In this document: piece after piece, positions 57,065-64,000 of the stretch | Layout: every line of letters begins with the position of its first letter | Position numbering within the stretch: the stretch's first letter is position 1 | Source of the DNA: an uncultured Thermoplasmata archaeon | GTDB lineage: Archaea; Thermoplasmatota; Thermoplasmata; UBA10834 | Assembly (NCBI GenBank): GCA_964568665.1 | Contig: CAZMPY010000005.1 | Coordinates: 742 to 64,741 of the forward strand | DNA length: 64,000 nt | Direction of reading: 5' to 3' | Position numbers and translations under genes: made by a program | The notes under the pieces: model-generated | The model's database searches: none | What the model was told of the DNA's origin: nothing | What the model saw: the letters and a program-made list of their open reading frames with translations, nothing else

Positions 57065-58484
57065 CTTCTCTCCAAGAACAAAACCCCTCCCCCACCAAAT
57101 TGACGCTATATCATACGTGGCTACTCATCAGAATGTGCCCCTCTTCGATGAGCAGGGACTCGGAAAAAGCAAGATTATAATCGACGCTCTCTGCCGGAAT
57201 TTGAGGGACCGAGAGATAGATGGGGCGATAATCGTCTGCAAGAAGACCCTGCTTTACATGTGGAGAAACGAAATCAAGAAACACTCGAATCTCTTGGCTA
57301 TTGTCCTGGATGGCGCAAAGAGACAAAGAGGTCGAAGTCTCATTACTTTTGGCCAATTCTACATAGTAAATTATGAGACCCTCATTCGTGAAATTGAGTT
57401 GATTGGCCTTTTGTTGAAGCACAGACGCTTCGCTCTGGTGCTGGACGAATCTCAACGAATCAAGAATCCTGAGTCAGAAGCTGCAAAAGCATTGCTGTCT
57501 CTCAGAGAGTCATCCTCAAAGCGTGTGATAATCACCGGCACTCCAATCGCAAACCGACCCGAAGATCTCTGGGCACAGTTCTACTTTCTAGACGGAGGTG
57601 CAACGCTCGGGAAAGACTTCGCATCATTCAAGAAACGGTTCGAAGTCTCTCTCAAGGGTGTACAGGACATGAAACCATTTGAAGACGAACTAAGGGAATT
57701 GAGGAAGCGAATTGGCGAAGTGGCCATACGTAGAACCAAAGAAGTCCTTGAACTCCCAGAGAAAGTCTATGAGAATGTTCCAGTCGAGATGGCCACAAAG
57801 CAGAAACGCATGTATGAGACAGCGCGCAAGGAGATGTACGTTGAGATCAGGAATTCTCTTGGGGAACCTGTGGAACAACAAATCGAGAACTATCTTGTGA
57901 AACTCCTACGACTAACTCAGATTGCGAGTAACCCCGCTCTCTTGGATCCGACCTATGACGAGATACCCTGTAAGTTCAGAGTACTAGATCAGTTGATCAA
58001 GAATATGGTAGGCGATCGAGAAAAGGTAATTGTATGGACAAGCTTCACAGGCAATGTAAGATCACTGAGAAAGAGATACGAGGAGTATGGATCACAGATG
58101 CTCTTCGGAGAGATCCCAATTGTCGAAAGGAATCGGACGGTTGACCGATTCATGAAAGAGGAGAACTGCAGGGTTCTGATTGCCAACCCTGCAGCGGCAA
58201 AAGAGGGGCTGACTCTAACCTCGGCAAACAACGCGATATACCTCGACAGGAACTTCAAAATGGATGACTACCTTCAATCGCAAGATCGAATTCACAGAAT
58301 CGGACAAGAGAGAAAGTGCAGAATTGTCAAACTCCAAGCCATCGGAACAGTCGATGAATACACTGACGAGATTCTAGAGAAGAAGGAACTCATTGCGAAG
58401 TACGCAATGGGAGATTCAGATCACATCGAAGGCAGGCGTGACTATCTCTCGATAGATGATCTCCTGAGGATTATCGGAGGTTAG
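57045..58484 (+). CDS. SNF2-family helicase/translocase
   Basis: LPHQIDAISYV (Q motif/Ia), DEQGLGKS (motif I), LVLDESQRIKN (motif II), ITGTPIANRPEDLWAQFYFL (motif III), LTLTSANNAIYLDRNF (motif V), QSQDRIHRIGQ (motif VI). GAGGAG upstream of the ATG. 20-nt overlap with the preceding gene. Confidence 0.9.
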   Translation: MGKVTFDFSPRTKPLPHQIDAISYVATHQNVPLFDEQGLGKSKIIIDALCRNLRDREIDGAIIVCKKTLLYMWRNEIKKHSNLLAIVLDGAKRQRGRSLITFGQFYIVNYETLIREIELIGLLLKHRRFALVLDESQRIKNPESEAAKALLSLRESSSKRVIITGTPIANRPEDLWAQFYFLDGGATLGKDFASFKKRFEVSLKGVQDMKPFEDELRELRKRIGEVAIRRTKEVLELPEKVYENVPVEMATKQKRMYETARKEMYVEIRNSLGEPVEQQIENYLVKLLRLTQIASNPALLDPTYDEIPCKFRVLDQLIKNMVGDREKVIVWTSFTGNVRSLRKRYEEYGSQMLFGEIPIVERNRTVDRFMKEENCRVLIANPAAAKEGLTLTSANNAIYLDRNFKMDDYLQSQDRIHRIGQERKCRIVKLQAIGTVDEYTDEILEKKELIAKYAMGDSDHIEGRRDYLSIDDLLRIIGG

Positions 58485-58487
58485 AAC

Positions 58488-59501
58488 TTGACTGATAAGA
58501 AAGAGGCATACTCAATTGACGGACGTGAGATCGGATACGAATTCAAAATGGTGGACATCAATGATCTCAGGTTCTACGAGGACAATCCCAGAATCGCAAC
58601 GATCATCGGAGAGAAGAAGGATGCCGCCACACAAGAGACCATTGATGAGTGTCTCTGGGATAGAGATGAAACACATAAATGGAAACGCAGAATAGAGACA
58701 GATGGAGGGCTCATCCATCCACTCATTGTGTACGACGGGCAGGTGCTTGAAGGGAACACGAGACTGTGCTGCTATCGACACCTGTACCAGGAGACAAAGA
58801 ACGACTTGTGGAGAACAGTGAAATGCAACGTCATCAAGGATAGGCTGACCAAGGACGACATATACAGACTGCTATGTACCGAGCACATTGAGGGAAAGAT
58901 CCCCTGGGATCCGTATGAAAAGGCAAATTTCTACCGGAAAATGAGAGAGGACGACGGAAAGACTCTTGATGAAATCAAGAGTATCGTTGGAGAGAGCACA
59001 ACTTCGATCAACAACAAGATACGCGCTTTCAAACTAATGGTTGAGAACGGAGTCGTGAACAAAGAGAAATACAGCCACTTTGAGCAACTTGTACTAAACG
59101 GGGACATACGCGACATCAAAGATAACCATGATCCAGATATAGAGGACAAAGTCATCAAGTTGATTAAGAAGGGCACTTGCAAGACTGCCCAAGACATCAG
59201 GAAAATCGGCACAATATACAAACACAAGACCGCGAGGAAGAGAGTCTTCGATGACCTTGAGGACGTTGAGCAAGTCTGGACGGAAGTCAAAGCGAAAGCC
59301 CCGCTGACGGATTCACCGCTAATGAAAGAGATTGAGGATATCATCGTCAGAATCCGAGAATTGTCTCGCGAGGACAGGAACCTGCTCGCAGGCAACGGAC
59401 GAGATCGGTCCAAAGTGAAGGATGTCACCGAGGAATTGATTGCCTTGTGCCATGAAATGGACATCAAGATACATGTTCCAAAAAGCATCCGCAGAGAGTG
59501 A
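58488..59501 (+). CDS. ParB/Srx-fold N-terminal domain protein, paralog 2
   Basis: VDINDLRFYEDNPRI, GGLIHPLIVYDGQVLEGNTRLCCYRHL. TTG start 3 nt after the SNF2 stop; the ATG at 58548 is an alternative. Confidence 0.7.
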   Translation: MTDKKEAYSIDGREIGYEFKMVDINDLRFYEDNPRIATIIGEKKDAATQETIDECLWDRDETHKWKRRIETDGGLIHPLIVYDGQVLEGNTRLCCYRHLYQETKNDLWRTVKCNVIKDRLTKDDIYRLLCTEHIEGKIPWDPYEKANFYRKMREDDGKTLDEIKSIVGESTTSINNKIRAFKLMVENGVVNKEKYSHFEQLVLNGDIRDIKDNHDPDIEDKVIKLIKKGTCKTAQDIRKIGTIYKHKTARKRVFDDLEDVEQVWTEVKAKAPLTDSPLMKEIEDIIVRIRELSREDRNLLAGNGRDRSKVKDVTEELIALCHEMDIKIHVPKSIRRE

Positions 59502-59504
59502 CCA

Positions 59505-60770
59505 ATGAGAGTCCTGTTGGTTGTACCTGACTTCCCTATTCCAAAGAAAAGGAAAATTCATCACGATTTTGTCCCAATTGGCCTTCTGAAGATTGGCACG
59601 TATCTTCGAGACTCGAAGGGTTGTGATGTCGAGCTTGTGTTTGGCAAGAAGACGCCACGCACGAAGCCCGACGAGATCTGGATTACATCCCTATTCACCT
59701 ATTGGTCAAGATATGTTCGCGAAGCCGCAGAGTTCTATCACGATAGATACCCCAAGGCCCGAGTCATCATTGGAGGCATTTATGCAAGTCTAATGCCGGA
59801 GCATACAAGGCATTCAACGGGCCACGAGGCATACGTTGGATTGCACAATGATGCTGAGAAATGGGTGCGAAATCACGGAGTCGACTACTCGATCCTTGGT
59901 CAACAAATTGACTTTCAAATCCTTCATGGTATGCGAGGATGTTTCCGGAGATGCAGGTTCTGCGGAACCTGGAAGATCGAACCTGAGGAGACATTCGATC
60001 CGGCCATTCACGAGCAGATCACCAAGAATCATGTGGTCTTCTATGACAATAACTTTCTGCGTAATCCTAGAATCAAGGAGACTCTTGAAGCTCTATCATC
60101 GATCCGCGTCAACAGAAAACCCGTTCGATTTGAATCGCAGAGCGGATTCGATGGCAGAATACTCAACCCGGAACTGGCGAGACTTCTCAAGAAGGCGCGC
60201 TTCATCAATCCTCGAATTGCATGGGATAATTCCATCCTGGACGAGAAGAAAATTGAGGAGCAGATCAGGATGCTGAAAGATGCTGGGTATAAATCAAAGG
60301 ATATCTATGTATTCATGCTGTACAACTGGGAACATGATTTCGGAACCCTCGAGACAAAGAGGATCAAGTGCTGGAAATGGAAGGTGCAGATCGCGGACTG
60401 CAGATTCAGACCGCTAGATCAGGTATTCGACGAATTCGACTCAAGGAAAGCTCAGAGCTCAGCCGAGTACTACATTCATCCGGATTGGACAGACACTGAA
60501 GTCAAGAAGTTTCGTGCCAATGTCCGAAAACATAACATATGTGTGAGGCATGGTTTTCGGTTCTACTCCAAGTCTCTGGAACTGATGCGACTGTCCAAGA
60601 AACGAACAACTGAGCTCAAGCAAGAGTCAAGAGCTCGAATCAAGGAGGCACTTCCAGACGCTTGGTTTCCGGGTGAGCACCATCCGCCCGCAGGAATTCA
60701 GAAAGGCATAGAGAAATCCTCGAAGCAGGATGAGAGTGAGAATGCGCCTAATGCAGGCGGGACCGCCTGA
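59505..60770 (+). CDS. Radical SAM protein with an N-terminal Rossmann-like (cobalamin-binding-type) domain
   Basis: GMRGCFRRCRFCGTW gives the CxxxCxxC cluster motif. The N-terminal VLLVVPDFP...VPIGLLKIGTYLRDSKGCDVELV resembles the B12-binding domain of class B radical SAM enzymes. ATG 3 nt after the previous stop. Confidence 0.75.
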   Translation: MRVLLVVPDFPIPKKRKIHHDFVPIGLLKIGTYLRDSKGCDVELVFGKKTPRTKPDEIWITSLFTYWSRYVREAAEFYHDRYPKARVIIGGIYASLMPEHTRHSTGHEAYVGLHNDAEKWVRNHGVDYSILGQQIDFQILHGMRGCFRRCRFCGTWKIEPEETFDPAIHEQITKNHVVFYDNNFLRNPRIKETLEALSSIRVNRKPVRFESQSGFDGRILNPELARLLKKARFINPRIAWDNSILDEKKIEEQIRMLKDAGYKSKDIYVFMLYNWEHDFGTLETKRIKCWKWKVQIADCRFRPLDQVFDEFDSRKAQSSAEYYIHPDWTDTEVKKFRANVRKHNICVRHGFRFYSKSLELMRLSKKRTTELKQESRARIKEALPDAWFPGEHHPPAGIQKGIEKSSKQDESENAPNAGGTA

Positions 60771-60967
60771 TCTGTTGGCTGTCAAGCCAAGTCCCGGAAT
60801 TTGACGCGAGAGAAGTCAAGCACGAAGCTGGCATCTCGAAGGCAAACCCAACCAGTGAAAGATACTCAAGCCCAGCTCAATGCACCCAATAGCCGTAGGA
60901 ATTCCAGTTATTACATGTAGTCACAACCAGCTTGTCTCAGACATGTATTGTCGCTGCAGGTGCTGTG

Positions 60968-61153
60968 ATGGGCAGGTATGTCGGAATTGTCCTTTATCAG
61001 GGACTGATTGAAGATGTCATGGCCTTCGATAAGGAAACAGCTGCCAGGGAATGGGTCGCTAGACGAAGGCTCGACTTTGGATTGGAGGAGACTTCGGATT
61101 CTATCATCTGGGACACGGAATTTCGGCTTCCTCTCAGTGTCAACAGCGGTTAG
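60968..61153 (+). CDS. Hypothetical small protein
   Basis: 62-aa ORF (MGRYVGIVLYQGLIEDV...). Weak support. It could be non-coding spacer between convergent units. Confidence 0.25.
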   Translation: MGRYVGIVLYQGLIEDVMAFDKETAAREWVARRRLDFGLEETSDSIIWDTEFRLPLSVNSG

Positions 61154-61250
61154 AATCTTCAGGCCTGGCGGACGAAAGGCGCGGTCTGACTGAACCGACA
61201 ACCATTGATTGACGACGGAGCCAGATGGAGAAGTACAAATTCGATTCGGC

Positions 61251-63134
61251 CTAGGCTTGATGATGCCCCTCGACTCTTGATTTTGCAAACCGTTCCGTGT
61301 CCTTGTCCATGAAGTGGACGTAGCAGCCCTTCATCCCCCTGGTCAGGAGCACGCGATAAGTGTTCTTGACTAGTTCTGCGAATCGGTCCTTCGACCTCTT
61401 CACCACGGAGTCATGGCTGTGCTCGCGCTGGCCCTCCCACTTCTGCGCGTCGAGGTCGTATACCAGGTCGTTGCCGAAGATGACTCCGGCATAATCGAAT
61501 TCGAATCCCTGGGCGGTGTAGATGCAACCGACCTGACGGATGCCGTTGGGGTCCTGGGCCCATGTCACCGCCTTCGGGATGTCCTTCGCTAGCCTCCTCG
61601 CCTCCGGCCTGGCGTTCCACGGCCTCTTATACCCGCCTATGACCACGTCATCCACGAGCGTCCCGTCCGGCTTCGGGTCCGACCACGGCCAGCAGAAGCC
61701 AGCCGTCATCCTACCCGTGTGCCCCTCGGCCACCCTCTCAAATATTGCCTCCTCGACCGCCTCTGGGCTCTTCATGATCCTGAAGTCGAACTCCTCCCTC
61801 TGACTCCAGAGCGCGTTCGCCGTCCTCTCGATACCGAGGGTGTTGTTCACCCAGCCCACGAACGCATCCGACCCGGCGCACCTGAACTGCGTCTCGAGCT
61901 CGTACTCGTAGACGCTGCACCCGAGCCTGCTCGCGCACTCCCTGATGTATTTTACGGAGCCGATCTCCCCCGGCCTCACCACCTGGTGGTCGTCGATGAA
62001 GAACACGCTCACCTTCGCGGCACGCATCAGCTCGTCTATCTGGGGGACCGTGGACCTCTTCTCCTTCGCCGTGAACCTGTTGCTGCTGTTCTCCCGTATC
62101 CTGTGCGCCTCGTCCGCCAGGAGCACGTCGATAGAGTTGTAGTCCGCCTCCGCGTAGCTGTTGAAGTACTTGAACTGGATCCCGCCCCTCGTCCCGATGA
62201 CCTTCCTGAGGGTCTCCGTGAACGCCCTCGAGCCCGTGGCGTACTGCGCGTTGTATCCCTTGAGCAGGAGGTCGGCCATCAGGTTGATCGCTATGACGGA
62301 CTTCCCCGTGCCCGGCCCGCCCTTGACGATCATGACAGACTTCTTTTTGTCGTGGAAGCCGCCCTTGGCGCAGGCGAAGACCCTGTCATAGACCACGAGC
62401 TGGTCGTCCAGGAGTATGTACTCGGGCTTGCCCTTGATCACGCTGCCTACGTGGTCCATCAGCTTCTTGCTAGGGCGGTACTTGCTCTCCTCTATCCTCT
62501 GAAGGGTCTCGAGCCCCTGCCCCTCGCTCAGCCATGAGGTGAGGTAACCCTCGAGGAGGTTCACGTCGTTCATGGTGTACAGGGGGTTCCTCTCGACCAC
62601 CGCCCTGAACTTCGCCGAGAGGATGGCGTCGTCCGCGACGGGGCTGTAGTTGTGGAGGTACGTGCAAGCGTTGAGCACGACGGGGTCGGAGCCTTCGTAG
62701 AAGGCCGTATGGGTGTCTTCGAGGTAGCTCCTGTACTGGCCGACCTGCACGGAAGGGTGCAGCACCTCCCTCTCGGAGCCGCCCACCCATGTGAGAACCT
62801 CGTTCTCTCCCTCGGCAGGGGAGCACTTGTCCCATTGCTTGAGCTCGATGATGACCGCGTTGTCCTTCCGCAACTCGTCGCGGCCGCATATGAGGCAGTC
62901 GAGCCTCTTCGATGTGAGGGGAAGCTGGTATTCCACCATGACGCCGTGGTCCATGAGATTGGCGTGCTGGAGGACCATGGACGCCGCTCTGAGGGAGTTC
63001 CTCCACGAGCCGATCTCCCCGGTGGAAGGATTGTGACCGTATTGCTCGAAGAAAGACGATTTGAGCTTCTCGGCGATCTGGTTCTGGTAGGTGTCCTCGA
63101 CGAACTGCTTGGAGGAGCCGGAGTAGAGCCTCAA
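61251..63134 (-). CDS. DUF2075-type SF1 helicase-like ATPase
   Basis: N-terminal F..D.....I...L...F........GEIGSWRNSL...VMVEYQLPLTSKRLDCLICG pattern. Walker A GGPGTGKS, Walker B LLADEAHRI, and C-terminal YTAQGFEFDYAGVIFG. The TTG at 63134 lies 1 nt after the MazG stop. The ORF-track start at 63422 runs through the mazG gene. Confidence 0.8.
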   Translation of the reverse strand: MRLYSGSSKQFVEDTYQNQIAEKLKSSFFEQYGHNPSTGEIGSWRNSLRAASMVLQHANLMDHGVMVEYQLPLTSKRLDCLICGRDELRKDNAVIIELKQWDKCSPAEGENEVLTWVGGSEREVLHPSVQVGQYRSYLEDTHTAFYEGSDPVVLNACTYLHNYSPVADDAILSAKFRAVVERNPLYTMNDVNLLEGYLTSWLSEGQGLETLQRIEESKYRPSKKLMDHVGSVIKGKPEYILLDDQLVVYDRVFACAKGGFHDKKKSVMIVKGGPGTGKSVIAINLMADLLLKGYNAQYATGSRAFTETLRKVIGTRGGIQFKYFNSYAEADYNSIDVLLADEAHRIRENSSNRFTAKEKRSTVPQIDELMRAAKVSVFFIDDHQVVRPGEIGSVKYIRECASRLGCSVYEYELETQFRCAGSDAFVGWVNNTLGIERTANALWSQREEFDFRIMKSPEAVEEAIFERVAEGHTGRMTAGFCWPWSDPKPDGTLVDDVVIGGYKRPWNARPEARRLAKDIPKAVTWAQDPNGIRQVGCIYTAQGFEFDYAGVIFGNDLVYDLDAQKWEGQREHSHDSVVKRSKDRFAELVKNTYRVLLTRGMKGCYVHFMDKDTERFAKSRVEGHHQA

Positions 63135-63135
63135 C

Positions 63136-63534
63136 CTAATCGTCTCCGTTCCTATCAGACGGTTTCGCGCGGACCGAACGCACCTCGTCCCAGTTCTCTG
63201 CCTTGGCGACCTTCGCGACTGGATACTTGCTCTTGTTCTTGCGAATCTTGTCGAGGAGCGCTTCCGACAAGTCGATGTCAAGGGTGTTGGCCATGCATGC
63301 ACTGTAGATGACCACATCCGCGATTTCTTCGCCGATGCGCGCTCTGATCTCCTTGCCCAGTGCTTCGCCTTCTGGCGGATCGGGTTTCCATTGGAAGAGT
63401 TCGAGGAGTTCCGCAGACTCAATAGCTATCGAAATCGCGATGTCCTTGGGTTTGTGGTACTTCCTCCAATTCCTTTCAGACACATAACCGTCAACAAGCC
63501 GCTGGAAATCCGCAATGCCGAGTTCATTCTTCAT
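63136..63534 (-). CDS. MazG-family nucleotide pyrophosphohydrolase
   Basis: ESAELLELFQW and EEIADVVIYSACMANTLDIDL (EExxE/D metal motifs) with C-terminal KNKSKYP. The ATG at 63534 is preferred; 63600 is possible. Confidence 0.8.
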   Translation of the reverse strand: MKNELGIADFQRLVDGYVSERNWRKYHKPKDIAISIAIESAELLELFQWKPDPPEGEALGKEIRARIGEEIADVVIYSACMANTLDIDLSEALLDKIRKNKSKYPVAKVAKAENWDEVRSVRAKPSDRNGDD

Positions 63535-63608
63535 ATCTATGGCCCCGCTGTGTCCGTCTCGTGCGGAATCACCTTGCGTCAGATTAAGCTTTACAGACAT
63601 AGGATGCC

Positions 63609-64000
63609 ATGAGAGAAGTCCTTAAGTCATCGAAGACAGTCCATAAGATGGAGGGGTGGGTGAAACTGAAATCTGAGATTCCTCTGAGAGACAACGGTTT
63701 TAGAGGCTTCATAACAGTCGGAGAACTCCAGCAGAAGATTCGCAGGCCGATGATCCCCATCTCTGAAGGCGGCAATGCTCGAGGCGTATACGTCGTGTTA
63801 TACCCGTTCAAGGAGAGGCCAGAACTTGCGCTCAACGGGGAGAATGGGTTCAATGGTGGGAACCCAAAACCAAGCAAGAAGGAGCTAGAGTCCAAATGGG
63901 TCGAAGGAACGGATGTGGTCTACATAGGTCAGACAGGTGGCGCCATGAACGGCGCACTGACCAACGGAAGGCTTGGGAAGAGAATCCACGCGTACCTGAG
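63609..64000 (+). CDS. Possible GIY-YIG-superfamily nuclease (3'-truncated by the window edge)
   Basis: Hand-translated frame, open to nt 64000. GVYVVLYP ... VVYIGQTGG ... LGKRIHAY resembles GIY / YIG / Arg-His elements, but with an unusually long insert between GIY and YIG. Confidence 0.35.
   Translation, partial: MREVLKSSKTVHKMEGWVKLKSEIPLRDNGFRGFITVGELQQKIRRPMIPISEGGNARGVYVVLYPFKERPELALNGENGFNGGNPKPSKKELESKWVEGTDVVYIGQTGGAMNGALTNGRLGKRIHAYL

Larger units (their letters stand above)
55207..64000. mobile_element. Island C2 (right end beyond the window), carrying the ParB/SNF2/radical-SAM operon and the DUF2075-MazG module
   Basis: It starts at the att remnant. AT-richer by eye than the core genome. 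All cargo is DNA-targeting or defence-type. Confidence 0.5.

Noticed and set aside
61719-63311. Plus-strand ORFs 61719-62537 and 62652-63311, and the 63135-63422 N-terminal extension of the DUF2075 ORF
   Set aside because: The plus-strand ORFs are antisense to a gene with Walker A/B and SF1 motifs. The extension overlaps the MazG gene in another frame and is Arg/Ser-rich. The conserved DUF2075 N-terminus starts at the TTG at 63134.

Overview
GC-rich archaeal chromosome segment. Archaeal markers are Kae1, fibrillarin, S15P, a RecJ/GAN-like DHH protein, an HTH_10 regulator and a PEF-CTERM-like surface protein. The lineage is probably Thermoplasmata-like, but I cannot verify that. Nt 1-34.8 kb is mostly core genome: UbiA prenyltransferase, GAF histidine kinase, OCD-type alanine dehydrogenase, three clostripain-like C11 peptidases, kae1, a heliorhodopsin divergent from sfsA, an rps15-recJ cluster, NUDIX plus fibrillarin, IMPase plus NAD kinase, a JAMM protease, ogt, flavodoxin and a glmM-glmU-like operon. 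Small accessory insertions interrupt it: two AAA/DUF4143 ATPases, a DUF3800 gene and a duplicated gene 3' end. A tRNA-Leu(CAG) gene at 34814-34898 is followed by a tandem array of visibly AT-richer genomic islands. The islands are delimited by three degenerate direct copies of the tRNA 3' half, at 43281-43310, 45971-46018 and 55181-55206. Island A carries three MDR dehydrogenases, an HTH_10 regulator and two ABC ATPase/permease pairs. Islet B carries a SOUL protein and a catalase. Island C1 carries a tyrosine integrase, an AbiE toxin-antitoxin pair, a GHKL ATPase and unknown genes. Island C2 runs to the window end. The most interesting candidate lies in C2: a tightly coupled five-gene operon at 55545-60770. 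Its genes are ParB-like, a small PD-(D/E)xK nuclease-like protein, an SNF2 helicase, a second ParB-like protein and a radical-SAM enzyme with a possibly B12-type N-terminal domain. I cannot assign it to any named defence or DNA-modification system. It is followed by a DUF2075 helicase, a MazG gene and a GIY-YIG-like gene. Other points worth follow-up are an IMPase/NAD-kinase junction with no canonical NAD-kinase start codon, two tandem about 75-nt structured-RNA-like elements, and several palindrome and repeat clusters. No CRISPR array or rRNA gene was seen. All domain calls come from motif recognition by eye, with no database search.
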